Source of the DNA: Blautia sp.
Lineage (GTDB): Bacteria > Bacillota > Clostridia > Lachnospirales > Lachnospiraceae
Length of the DNA: 64,000 bases
Direction of reading: 5' to 3'
Assembly (NCBI GenBank): GCA_047014865.1
Contig: JBKXQO010000001.1
Coordinates: forward strand, 4,089 to 68,088
This document shows, in pieces, positions 10,604 through 20,377 of this stretch. The notes beneath the pieces are model-generated. The model saw only the letters and a list, made by a program, of their open reading frames with translations, had not been told where the DNA came from and did not search any database. The translations under genes were made by a program, and so were the position numbers. Position 1 is the first letter of the stretch, and each line of letters opens with the position of its first letter.

Positions 10604-10791
10604 TACCCATTATACAAATATTCTTTTTAATGTCAACATCAAAATAAGCCCAACACAAAAAAATCACATTTCTCCCTACCCACAGCATAACCTCCCGAAA
10701 CTGTATCCCTGGAAAAACAATACCTGACCGCTTCACACAGAAATATTCTATGTTCCGCTGTCAGGTACTGTTCCCTCACACCTCTTCATTT

Positions 10792-11523
10792 TTATTTTTG
10801 TCCCGTCCGGCAATACCGGATCGCCGCTTCTGCCAGAACCTCCGTCGGATCTGCCGCCGGATAGGAGAGGCCGTACCATTTCACCGCCAAAGGAAGCTCC
10901 GTGCAGCCTAGGATTAAGCGCTCCGCCCCCTGTCCCAGCAGTCTCTCCACAGTCCGCTGGAAATCTTGTGTGTCATACTCCCGGCGCCCGGCCTTCACGC
11001 CGCGATAAATCAAGTCCATTACCGATCTCTGCCCCGCCGCATCCGGGATAAGCGGCGATATCCCCACCTGCTCCAGCGCCTCCTGGTAGACCCTCGACCG
11101 GACGGTTCCATCCGTGGCCAGAAGACCTGCTCTTCTCACGCCTTGCCTTCTCAGATAGCTCCCGGTCTCCCGGATCATGTGGAGCAGAGGGATATCCAGA
11201 TAAGGAATCACACAGTCATAAAAATAGTGCGCCGTATTGCAGGACATCACCAGGACGTCCGCCCCCATACCCTGTAACTTAATTCCGCTTCGGACCAACT
11301 GGGGAACCGGAGATTCCCCCTGGTTTAAGATCGCCTCCGTCCGGTCGGGAATCTCTGTATTGCAGTCCACCACCAGATGTAGGTTCTCCTGATCATTCTC
11401 TGCCCCTGTCCGCGCGATAATTTTTTCCATCAGATCACAGGTGGCAAGCGGTCCCATCCCCCCTATGATACCAATGGTTTTCTTGCCGCCTTTTCTCATT
11501 TTCGTCTCATTCCTCACTTTCAT
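10792..11523 (-). CDS. Aspartate/amino-acid racemase (PLP-independent)
   Basis: IGIIGGMGPLAT, catalytic CNTAH and GCTELP motifs. Confidence 0.9.
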   Translation of the reverse strand: MKVRNETKMRKGGKKTIGIIGGMGPLATCDLMEKIIARTGAENDQENLHLVVDCNTEIPDRTEAILNQGESPVPQLVRSGIKLQGMGADVLVMSCNTAHYFYDCVIPYLDIPLLHMIRETGSYLRRQGVRRAGLLATDGTVRSRVYQEALEQVGISPLIPDAAGQRSVMDLIYRGVKAGRREYDTQDFQRTVERLLGQGAERLILGCTELPLAVKWYGLSYPAADPTEVLAEAAIRYCRTGQK

Positions 11524-11544
11524 CCTCTTAAGCTTCTTTCACAC

Positions 11545-12981
11545 TCAATCTCCAAATACTTCCTTTTCCACATCAAGCTGACAATCCATAAAATCCTTCC
11601 TCCCAATTCCCAGAAAGATGGATCCGAACATCACCACTGTCATCGCAAAGGTAAAAAAGCAGTAAGGAGTCAACTGTATTCCCCGCAGGGGCGCATCCGT
11701 CCCCACAGTGAAGCTTAGAATATACATCATAGTACAAGTCCACGGAAGGCTATAGCACCAGGTGCAGGACTGGGCGTCCATCAAGTTCGCCATACGATAT
11801 CTGCTGATTCCATGTTTGTCTGCCAGAGGTCTTGCGAAGAAAGGACCGACTGTCAAGATCGCAGGCGCATTCAACCCCATAACTGCAGACAAGATGATAA
11901 TCATCACCGATACCACCAGCTCTGAGCCGACTGCAGTCCTCGTCATACAGCTTAAGGAATCCAGAATCTTGAGATCTCCATGCCCTAATTTCATAATGTG
12001 TACTGCGCTGAACAACAAGAGTACCAGGACAATCATCTGCGTCATACTGGACAGGCCATCGAAGACGGCGCCCCCCACAGCCCGGTCAAGCCCCTCCCCA
12101 CTCACAGAAAATAATGCCGTTCTAGCCGGATCTTCCACGTCGATCTGAATAAAATCCATCAGCCCAAACGCCACGGCCGTAAGTCCAGCCAGCACCGACC
12201 CCACCGTCGTGGCCAGGATCAAGTCCCCGGTCTTCACCGCCGTAAAGAGAGTGATGATTACCGGTATAATCATCAAAAGCGTCTTGGGATCATAGGCAAT
12301 CAATTCCTCGATATTGGCAGACTGATCCAAGACGTTGCCCACGATGACCATGATCGCCACGGTGATCCCCGCCGCAGTCAGAGAATACTTCAGACGGCTT
12401 CTCACACACCTGGGGACGTCCACCTCCATCGCCGTCGCCGAGGCGATCGTAGAATCTGAGATCGGCGCCAGGTTGTCTCCAAAAGCAGCTCCACCCAGAA
12501 TCGCTCCCGCCAGAAAGGCTGGCTCTACGCCCAGCTCAATCCCAGTTGGATAGAGCACCCCCATGCAGGCTGCAATCGTCCCAAACCCTGTCCCCGTGGC
12601 CGAGGAAAAAAGCGTGGCAGCTAAAAAGGAGACAACCGTGAAGGTCACAGGACCCACGCCGAAGGATCCGGCCAACCCGGCCAGACCAGCCGAAAATCCA
12701 GACATTCTCAAAATCCTGGAAAATACCCCTGCGAAGATCCAAGTGGCTATGGGAAACGCCGTGTCCTTACTGGCCATGCCCTCGATCACAGCGCCACTGT
12801 ACTCCTTTTTATTCTTGGCCAGAAAAAACGGGATGACAATTCCCAAGAAAATCGGAATCCAGAGCGCCCCGTCGGAGGTGGATCCCCACCAAAAAGTCGT
12901 CACAAAAATCAACCCGATAAAGATGATCAGTGGAGAGATAGAAACCCACTCTCCTCCATAAAACTCCAACTTCTTATCCAT
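11545..12981 (-). CDS. NhaC-family Na+/H+ antiporter-like (amino acid) transporter
   Basis: Multi-TM with ATGTGFGT and GAAFGDNLAPISDSTI motifs. Confidence 0.82.
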   Translation of the reverse strand: MDKKLEFYGGEWVSISPLIIFIGLIFVTTFWWGSTSDGALWIPIFLGIVIPFFLAKNKKEYSGAVIEGMASKDTAFPIATWIFAGVFSRILRMSGFSAGLAGLAGSFGVGPVTFTVVSFLAATLFSSATGTGFGTIAACMGVLYPTGIELGVEPAFLAGAILGGAAFGDNLAPISDSTIASATAMEVDVPRCVRSRLKYSLTAAGITVAIMVIVGNVLDQSANIEELIAYDPKTLLMIIPVIITLFTAVKTGDLILATTVGSVLAGLTAVAFGLMDFIQIDVEDPARTALFSVSGEGLDRAVGGAVFDGLSSMTQMIVLVLLLFSAVHIMKLGHGDLKILDSLSCMTRTAVGSELVVSVMIIILSAVMGLNAPAILTVGPFFARPLADKHGISRYRMANLMDAQSCTWCYSLPWTCTMMYILSFTVGTDAPLRGIQLTPYCFFTFAMTVVMFGSIFLGIGRKDFMDCQLDVEKEVFGD

Positions 12982-12995
12982 AGCTTCTCTCCTTT

Positions 12996-13970
12996 CTAAT
13001 ACCTGCGAAAGACCTCCCTTAGATCTTCTCTGGTCTCTCTCACTGTCAACGCCAAGGTCAATAAGATCCTGGCTTTCACCGGTGTGAGAACACCGCCTGG
13101 TATCGTATCCAGCTCCCGGTCACAGTGGTCCCGGCACACCATCCCATCGCCCACCCTCGTGGACCGTATGACAGGAATCCTCTGCGTGATTTCCCGGATT
13201 TTCTTCTTCCACGGAATGGAGAACAGACCGCTCCCGGCCCCTGCAATCACCAAACCATCCCAGTTACCCCCGCAAAAATCCAAAATCTCTGGATCTGCAT
13301 CCGCATAGAAATAGATGATCCCAACCTTTGGAATCTTTCGCAGTACCCCCACAGAAAATTCTGTGTGCACCGTGTGATTCTCCAGAGGATACTGCAAGAA
13401 CCTTGGAGTCGCATCCTGCATATATCCCACACAGCCAAAATCCCGTCCACTGAAGGCATCCGTCCGAAAACAATTCACCTTCTGTACTCTGTCCCCACTG
13501 AAAATCCCGTCAGAGAAGACCACCAACACCCCCTTGCCTCTGGCCTCGTCACTTGCCGCCAACGCCACCGCCTCATACAGATTCTGCGGCCCATCCGGAC
13601 TGTTCGCCGTGGCCGGACGCATAGACCCGGTCAGCACCACCGGTTTCTCTGTCTTCAACACCAGGTTCAGGAAATACGCTGTCTCCTCCATAGTGTTGGT
13701 TCCATGGGTGATCACAAATCCATATATCTCCGGATCTAAAGCCAGCTCCTCGATCTTTCTCGCCAATAAGATCCAGTCCTTCCACGTGATATCGTCGCTG
13801 GACAAATTCAAGATCTGCTGCCCATCCAGCCGGGCCAGCTCCCCAATCCCCTCGATGCCGTCCAGAAGCTGTTTGATATCAAGTTTCCCATCATAATATC
13901 CCGTGGTCTTTCCCTCGCTTCCCGCCGCCGAGATGGTTCCCCCAGTGGCCAATACATATACTTTTCTCAT
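12996..13970 (-). CDS. L-asparaginase family protein with atypical HGTNT motif
   Basis: ATGGTIS, HGTNTMEET, TGSMRP, DGPQNL motifs. Confidence 0.85.
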   Translation of the reverse strand: MRKVYVLATGGTISAAGSEGKTTGYYDGKLDIKQLLDGIEGIGELARLDGQQILNLSSDDITWKDWILLARKIEELALDPEIYGFVITHGTNTMEETAYFLNLVLKTEKPVVLTGSMRPATANSPDGPQNLYEAVALAASDEARGKGVLVVFSDGIFSGDRVQKVNCFRTDAFSGRDFGCVGYMQDATPRFLQYPLENHTVHTEFSVGVLRKIPKVGIIYFYADADPEILDFCGGNWDGLVIAGAGSGLFSIPWKKKIREITQRIPVIRSTRVGDGMVCRDHCDRELDTIPGGVLTPVKARILLTLALTVRETREDLREVFRRY

Positions 13971-14212
13971 TCTCTCTCCTTTCTGTGCCAGATCTTCCAC
14001 ACACCATTAAAGGTATCCTTTCAATTGTAAAAGGGACTTGAGAAATCTCAGTCTCTCAAATCCCCTTACACTGCCCAGCCTGATTCCCAAGGATTTGAAG
14101 TATCTCTTACATCTACCCCATTATCCCATTCGTCACAGACGAAATCTATTCACTGATCTTGCAATTTGTTGTACAAATCACTCATATTCTCTCTCAGAGA
14201 ATCCCCCTCTCG

Positions 14213-14917
14213 TCACTGCGGCGACGTCTGCCTTCGGATGTATTCCTTAGGCGGAACTTTATACTTTTTCTTAAACATCCGGTAAAAATAATTTAGATTC
14301 TGGTATCCTGCCAAGGAAGCCGCCTCCTTAATGGGCTCCCCCTCCTGGATCATCTCCCTTGCCTTGCCAATCCTCACATCGTTATAATACTCCGTAAAGC
14401 TCATTCCCAAATATTTCTGACACAATCTTGCCATATTGCTCTGGCTTGTGTTGAACATTTTCGCACACACAGAGCAACTGAGATTCTCCATATAATGTTC
14501 ATCGATATAGGCTAACAATTGATTCATCAAAGGATGATCAAAATACGCATACCCCACCACTCTCTCCATAGTCTCGCAGAATTGTTCATACATCACCGGC
14601 TTTAGCAAAAAATCTCTGGCGCCCAGACGTACCGCCTGCTGCGCATAGGCAAACGTGTCATAGGCAGTGATAATCACAAAATTGATCTTGCGGCTAACTT
14701 CCTTATTGATCCGTTCCATCACCTGCAATCCGTTCAGCCCAGGCATCTCAATGTCCAGGAATACCACGTCTGGCAACAAATTCTTGATCTTAGCCACAGC
14801 ATCCTTCCCATTACGCGCCTCCCCCACAACCTCCAGAGGCAGATTATTCTTCTGGATAAAATACCGAATAATCTCACTGGACACTTGCTCATCGTCCACC
14901 AACATCACTCTCTTCAC
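14213..14917 (-). CDS. Response regulator (REC + AraC HTH, YesN-like)
   Basis: LVDDE...LDIEMPGLNG...LLKP receiver, C-terminal AraC HTH. Confidence 0.9.
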   Translation of the reverse strand: MKRVMLVDDEQVSSEIIRYFIQKNNLPLEVVGEARNGKDAVAKIKNLLPDVVFLDIEMPGLNGLQVMERINKEVSRKINFVIITAYDTFAYAQQAVRLGARDFLLKPVMYEQFCETMERVVGYAYFDHPLMNQLLAYIDEHYMENLSCSVCAKMFNTSQSNMARLCQKYLGMSFTEYYNDVRIGKAREMIQEGEPIKEAASLAGYQNLNYFYRMFKKKYKVPPKEYIRRQTSPQ

Positions 14918-16434
14918 TTTTCTTCCCCTCCCGTCAGCGCAATCTGGATACTCACCGTGGTTCCCTTCCCTGGAACAGATTTCACATCATACCAGAAAGA
15001 TTTGCCATAGACAGATTGTAGTTTTCGTACCACCATGGAAGTCCCATGAGCCTCATTTCCCATCTGAATCTTAGCGCGCAACACTTTCATTGTCCGCTTC
15101 GAGATCCCACAGCCATTGTCAGCCACCTGAATATTAAAAAACTTTTCGTCCCGAAAAGCCCGGATCTGTATTTCCATCTTTTTATCTCTGTCTTTAAAAC
15201 CGTGCTTAAAGCAGTTCTCTACAATAGGCTGTAGAAAATGAAAGGGAACTTCTTGTCCTGCCAACAGTTCCCTGGAAATGTCAAAACGGATTTCCAATTG
15301 ATCTTTGAACCGGAGCTTTTGAAGGTTTGTATAATTCCGGACATATTTGATCTCCTCAGACAAGGGGACAAACGTGTGATTCTCCCTTAGAGTATAACGA
15401 AAAAGCTGAGCCAGATCTCCCACAGCCTGATAAGTATTGTAAGCATTTTCCCGAATCGCCATCCCCGCAATGGTATTCAAAGTGTTAAATAAAAAGTGTT
15501 GATTGATCTGAAGATTGAGCACCTTGTCACTGGTACTCTTCAATTGGTTTTGAAGCAGATTCTCCACCTTAGCCTTGTCAGACAGGACTCTGGACTTGTG
15601 CTGTAAGTTCACTTGCATTTGACAAAACTGATAGTGACTGCATATGGACTCCGCAATATTGTGAATCAAATTCAACATCCCGTTGGCCGTACTCTCCGGC
15701 ACATTGTACGGGAGATTCGTCTCCCTCCCGAACTCTGGACTGGTACGGATATGGCCGGTCTTGATAAACCCCAGCACTTCCCTCTGGTAGACGATTGGCA
15801 ACACATACAGAGACAGCCCGTGATGACAGACGTAAGCGGATGCCCCCTCATAGTAAGGAGGCACCCACATCGGCGTCTGTTTATAGAGTTCACAGTTCTG
15901 CAGCACGCTCTGAGTCTCACAGCATCTTCTACAGTACTGCGGAAATTCCTCGTTGGTGTAGACCAGATCATCATTCTCATCAAAAATAGAAAGAGGTACC
16001 TTCAGAGGCTGCAGGTTATGGCGCAGCAATTCTTTGACCGTCTCCTCTAGAAACTCCCTTTTGTCAATCTGCTCCATCTTCTTCGTCCGCTCCCGCTTAT
16101 CTAAGGATACTTTCGGCGGCACAAACACGGCCGGCAGAGAGACCAGCAGCTTCACAATCGGCTCCTCCCCTGTGTTAAAGCTCTCATGGGCCATTCCGGC
16201 CGAGATGTGAAAAGATTCTCCCGGCTCTATCGCACATTCCTCATCCTCGATTCTCTGCCATCCCCTTCCGCTGATGATGTACATAAATTGCTCATCCCCA
16301 TAGTGAATGTGCCGAGGTTGAGAGGCATGGGGATACATGACACTGATCCCAACCTTCATATGATCGGAGGAGTCCTGTTTTGGCTCATAGATCCACTCGA
16401 TACTCCCCCAGTCCAATCTCTGTATTTTTCCCAT
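14914..16434 (-). CDS. Cytoplasmic sensor histidine kinase: cupin + PocR-like + YesM/LytS-type kinase
   Basis: Cupin HIHYGDEQ...GMAHES; PocR-like FPQYC...YVCHHGL; QINQHFLFNTLN; QPIVENCFKHG; DNGCG. No obvious TM segment. Confidence 0.82.
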   Translation of the reverse strand: MGKIQRLDWGSIEWIYEPKQDSSDHMKVGISVMYPHASQPRHIHYGDEQFMYIISGRGWQRIEDEECAIEPGESFHISAGMAHESFNTGEEPIVKLLVSLPAVFVPPKVSLDKRERTKKMEQIDKREFLEETVKELLRHNLQPLKVPLSIFDENDDLVYTNEEFPQYCRRCCETQSVLQNCELYKQTPMWVPPYYEGASAYVCHHGLSLYVLPIVYQREVLGFIKTGHIRTSPEFGRETNLPYNVPESTANGMLNLIHNIAESICSHYQFCQMQVNLQHKSRVLSDKAKVENLLQNQLKSTSDKVLNLQINQHFLFNTLNTIAGMAIRENAYNTYQAVGDLAQLFRYTLRENHTFVPLSEEIKYVRNYTNLQKLRFKDQLEIRFDISRELLAGQEVPFHFLQPIVENCFKHGFKDRDKKMEIQIRAFRDEKFFNIQVADNGCGISKRTMKVLRAKIQMGNEAHGTSMVVRKLQSVYGKSFWYDVKSVPGKGTTVSIQIALTGGEEK

Positions 16435-16502
16435 AACTTCCTCCTCTCACCCTCAGCATTTCCTCACCGTCCAGAAAACAATAAAAATTCCCACGCAAGA
16501 CC

Positions 16503-17777
16503 TTAGGCCGGGATCCACTCCTTAGCAAACATTGGATATCGCTCTGCCTTCGTCTTAACTTTGATCGCAATCTCGCTGAGAACGGCAGGATTGTCCCGGT
16601 GTTTTAAAGTCTCCGCCAACAGCCTCGCCACCTCCCGGATATCATCCTCCTTAAATCCCCTGGTGGTCAATGCCGGGCTCCCAATCCGAATACCGCTGGC
16701 CTGATTCGCCGGCTGCGGATCATAGGGAATCATATTTTTGTTGACCACAATCCCCACAGATCCCAATACTTCCTCGGCCTGGCGCCCTGTGGGAATCAAC
16801 TCCCTCACATCCACCAGGACAAGGTGTGTCTCCGTCCCGTCTGAGACCAGGCGAAGTCCACACTTTTTCAACTCATCTGCCAGAGCCTGCGCATTCTTTG
16901 CCACCATCTGCTGATAGGCTCTGTACTCCGGCGTCATACACTCCTTAAACAGAACCGCCCTGGAAGCGATCATATCCATCTTAGGCGCTCCCTGCATCCC
17001 AGGAAAGACTTGTTGATCAATCTTCTTTCCCAGAGCTTCTCTGCACATAATGATACCACATCCCCTCGGCCCGCGGAACGTCTTGTGCGTGGAGGTAGTC
17101 ACCACATCCGCATAGGGGACCGGGGATGGGATCACTCCGCCTGCAATCAGTCCCACTGGGTGGGCGATATCCGCCATCAAATAGGCCCCTGTCTCCCTGG
17201 CGATTTGCCCGAATCGCTGGTAGTCTACCTTTCTGGGATAGGAAGATGTACCGCAGATAATCAACTGTGGTCTGTACTCTCTGGCCAGACTCTCCACCTG
17301 CTCCATATCGATGGTCTCAGTCTCTTTGTTCAGACCATACTGAACGACCTTATAATTTTTACCACTGTAGTGAAACTTTGCACCATGGCTCAGATGCCCT
17401 CCTTGGTTCAGTTCCATGGACAAGATTGTGTCCCCAGGTTTCAACAAAGCCCTCAGCACAGCAATATTTGAGAGGGTAGAACTCATGGACTGTACATTGG
17501 CATACTCACAGCCAAACAGTTCTTTGCACCGCTGGACAGCCAGTTGCTCTATCTTATCCGCCAACTGGCATCCCCCTGCAAACCGTCTCCCAGGATATCC
17601 CTCCGCGTTCTTATTCGCCCACACAGTTCCCTCCATCCCTATGGTCAACAAAGACGCATAATTCTCAGAGGCAATCAGACACAACGTGTGGAGCTGACGT
17701 TCTTCCTCCTCTGTGGTCAATGCTGCAATCTCCGGGTCAAACTTTTGAATCTGCTCAAAACTTCCGTCCATATACAT
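16503..17777 (-). CDS. glyA: Serine hydroxymethyltransferase family PLP enzyme (divergent active site)
   Basis: LIASEN, GGHLSHG, DIAH, TTSTHKTFRGPRG (PLP lysine), SGIRIGS; several conserved residues replaced (see findings). Confidence 0.8.
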   Translation of the reverse strand: MYMDGSFEQIQKFDPEIAALTTEEEERQLHTLCLIASENYASLLTIGMEGTVWANKNAEGYPGRRFAGGCQLADKIEQLAVQRCKELFGCEYANVQSMSSTLSNIAVLRALLKPGDTILSMELNQGGHLSHGAKFHYSGKNYKVVQYGLNKETETIDMEQVESLAREYRPQLIICGTSSYPRKVDYQRFGQIARETGAYLMADIAHPVGLIAGGVIPSPVPYADVVTTSTHKTFRGPRGCGIIMCREALGKKIDQQVFPGMQGAPKMDMIASRAVLFKECMTPEYRAYQQMVAKNAQALADELKKCGLRLVSDGTETHLVLVDVRELIPTGRQAEEVLGSVGIVVNKNMIPYDPQPANQASGIRIGSPALTTRGFKEDDIREVARLLAETLKHRDNPAVLSEIAIKVKTKAERYPMFAKEWIPA

Positions 17778-18123
17778 AGGTAGCATCCTCCTTAAACACA
17801 CTTTCTATCAATTAACTGTTATTCGCCGGGGGCATTTCTCTACACAATCTCTTCCATCCCCGTCGTCCCCCTTATTATCCCACAAAGCCTACCGGGATCT
17901 AGGAACATTTCTCCCATTTTATTGAACAAATTATGAAATCTCATTTGCCTGACCGGGCAAAGATGAGTTCTTCTGACTTACAGACATCAACTCTGGTCCA
18001 CATATCTTAGTATCTTTTTCTGGCTATCTCCCTCAAGAGGAAATCTCTAACCGTTTTGAAAGAACGTTGAATTTATATTGGAAATATGTATAATGATAAT
18101 GACTATGGAGGTGACATTGAGAT

Positions 18124-19434
18124 ATGACAGAAGCATTTATACTACAGATTATTTTGATTTTTTTCAATGCGATCTTCGCCAGCGCGGAGATCGCGGTGAT
18201 ATCCATGAGTGAGGCGAAATTAAGGCATTTGACCTCCGAGGGCAACAAAAAGGCCAAGAAGTTAATGATCCTGACCCAACAGCCTGCCCGCTTCCTGGCC
18301 ACGATCCAGGTGGCCATCACACTGGCCGGCTTACTGGGAAGCGCTTTCGCGGCGGACAGTTTCGCCAAACCTCTGGTGGAGTTACTGCTCTCCTCGGGGG
18401 TGCCAATCCCCAGACAAGCGTTGAACTCCGCCGCCGTCGTCCTCATCACATTGATTCTCTCCTATTTCAGCCTAATCTTCGGTGAACTGGTTCCCAAGAG
18501 AATCGCCATGAAGAAGACGGACGATCTGGCTCTTGGCCTATCTGGATTACTGTACGGCGTCTCCAAGGTATTCTCCCCGATCGTCTTCTTTCTGACGGTT
18601 TCCACAAACGCCATTCTCCGCCTGTTGGGCATTGACCCAAACCAAGGAGAGGACAAAATCACCGAGGAAGAGATCCGGATGATGTTGGTGGAGGGAACGG
18701 AACAGGGCAGCATCCCAGAGGAAGAACACGAGTTGATCCAGAACGTCTTCGCCTTCAACGATATCACCGTGGAAGATATCTGTACGCACAGAAGAGACGT
18801 GGTATGGCTATCCACCGCAGACGATGACCAGACATGGCGGCAGACGATACATGACAGCCGTTACACCCACTACCCCGTGTGCGGACAGACCAAAGACGAC
18901 ATCCTCGGTATCTTGGACACGAAAGACTATTTCCGGGCGCCAGATCAGACCAGAACTGTCATATTAAGAGAGGCCGTGAGCGAGGCCCAGTTCATCCCGG
19001 AGACTATGAAGGCCAACGTCTTATTCCGAAAGATGAAGAACAGCCGAAATTATTTTGCCGTGATCTTAGATGAGTATGGCGGACTGTCCGGAATTGCCAC
19101 AATCCATGACCTCATGGAATCTCTTGTGGGGAATCTGGACGAAGAAGAGCCGGAGGACATCGAGACACTCTCCGAGAATGAATGGCGTATCCAAGGCGGC
19201 GCAGTGCTTAGCGAAGTGGCCAGAAAATTAAAATACCCTCTCCCTGTGGAGATCTTCGACACTTTCAGCGGATTTGTCTGCAGTGTCATCGGCCGTGTCC
19301 CCAAGGACGGTGAAAGTTTTTGCTGCAAATACAAGGACTTAAATATCCACGCCCTCAATGTAGAACACCACGTGATCACCGAATGTATCGTCGCCATGGA
19401 GAGAAAAATCACGGACTCCGACTCCCAACTGTGA
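18124..19434 (+). CDS. HlyC/CorC (CNNM) family membrane protein with CBS domains
   Basis: NAIFASAEIA, GELVPKRIA, CBS pair, DEYGG, CorC C-terminal domain. Confidence 0.9.
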   Translation: MTEAFILQIILIFFNAIFASAEIAVISMSEAKLRHLTSEGNKKAKKLMILTQQPARFLATIQVAITLAGLLGSAFAADSFAKPLVELLLSSGVPIPRQALNSAAVVLITLILSYFSLIFGELVPKRIAMKKTDDLALGLSGLLYGVSKVFSPIVFFLTVSTNAILRLLGIDPNQGEDKITEEEIRMMLVEGTEQGSIPEEEHELIQNVFAFNDITVEDICTHRRDVVWLSTADDDQTWRQTIHDSRYTHYPVCGQTKDDILGILDTKDYFRAPDQTRTVILREAVSEAQFIPETMKANVLFRKMKNSRNYFAVILDEYGGLSGIATIHDLMESLVGNLDEEEPEDIETLSENEWRIQGGAVLSEVARKLKYPLPVEIFDTFSGFVCSVIGRVPKDGESFCCKYKDLNIHALNVEHHVITECIVAMERKITDSDSQL

Positions 19435-19546
19435 AAACCGTCCCGCCAGAGTCAAAACGGATACTCCGCAATCCGCTCCACTACCTACTCAGAATCTTAT
19501 TGCCACCCTCGTGGCATTTTGACAGGCGCTTACACTCCTGCCAAAA

Positions 19547-19590
19547 CAGGGAAGTCTCACTCCCGCCCAAGAAACGTGAGACTTCCCCTA
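19547..19590. terminator. Hairpin between convergent genes
   Basis: GGGAAGTCTCAC...GTGAGACTTCCC inverted repeat. Confidence 0.5.
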
Positions 19591-19595
19591 CAGGG

Positions 19596-20270
19596 TTAAA
19601 GCGCTTTTTTCTCCTGACACAGGGGCAAGATCTCTCCCAGGCTCTCGATCACTTCCACATCAGAATACTGCGTCTGCCGGGTCCGCTGAATCAAGATGGG
19701 GCGTATCCCCGCGACCTGGGCGCCTCTCACATCTGACACATAGGAGTCCCCCACGTGGATCACTTCCCCCGCCTTACACCCGCTGACTTCCAAAGCCTTC
19801 TCAAACAACTCTCTGTGCGGTTTATAGGCGCGAACCATATCCGCACAGACAATACCGGCTGGAGAGAGATTTTTCTCTTCCATGCTTCGTCCCACATACT
19901 GTACCCCATTGTTGCTGATCATATAGATCGGACAGGGACAGTGGACAAACAGCTCCCTGGCATCTGGAAACAGTGGAGCTCTCACCCAGAACTGCTGAAT
20001 CAAACGGTGAAGTTCCGCCAAGTTCTCCCGCAGGTGAACCGTCTCCACCAGATATTGCAAAGCCCGGTCCACAATCTCATCTTCTGTGAGGTAAGTATCC
20101 CCGTAACTGGACTCCTCATACCCTTTTACCAGCTTCCACCAAAGCGCCATCACTTTTCTGGGATCTCGCAGGTCGCTGTTTTGGCAAATCCTCATCACCG
20201 TCTCCTTAATCTCCGCGCCACTCTCCTGCACCACCGTCCCCGTATAATCTAGAAATACTGCCTTTATCAT
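19596..20270 (-). CDS. HAD family hydrolase
   Basis: FLDYTGT, ISN, YKP, HVGDS motifs. Confidence 0.88.
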   Translation of the reverse strand: MIKAVFLDYTGTVVQESGAEIKETVMRICQNSDLRDPRKVMALWWKLVKGYEESSYGDTYLTEDEIVDRALQYLVETVHLRENLAELHRLIQQFWVRAPLFPDARELFVHCPCPIYMISNNGVQYVGRSMEEKNLSPAGIVCADMVRAYKPHRELFEKALEVSGCKAGEVIHVGDSYVSDVRGAQVAGIRPILIQRTRQTQYSDVEVIESLGEILPLCQEKKAL

Positions 20271-20377
20271 CTATTTTCATCCTCTCCACCAAGAAATAAC
20301 TTATCGATGAAACAGCCCTATTCTACCACAGATTCCAGGGATGCTTCCAGTTTTTTCTGCCAGATGCGAAAAAGACG

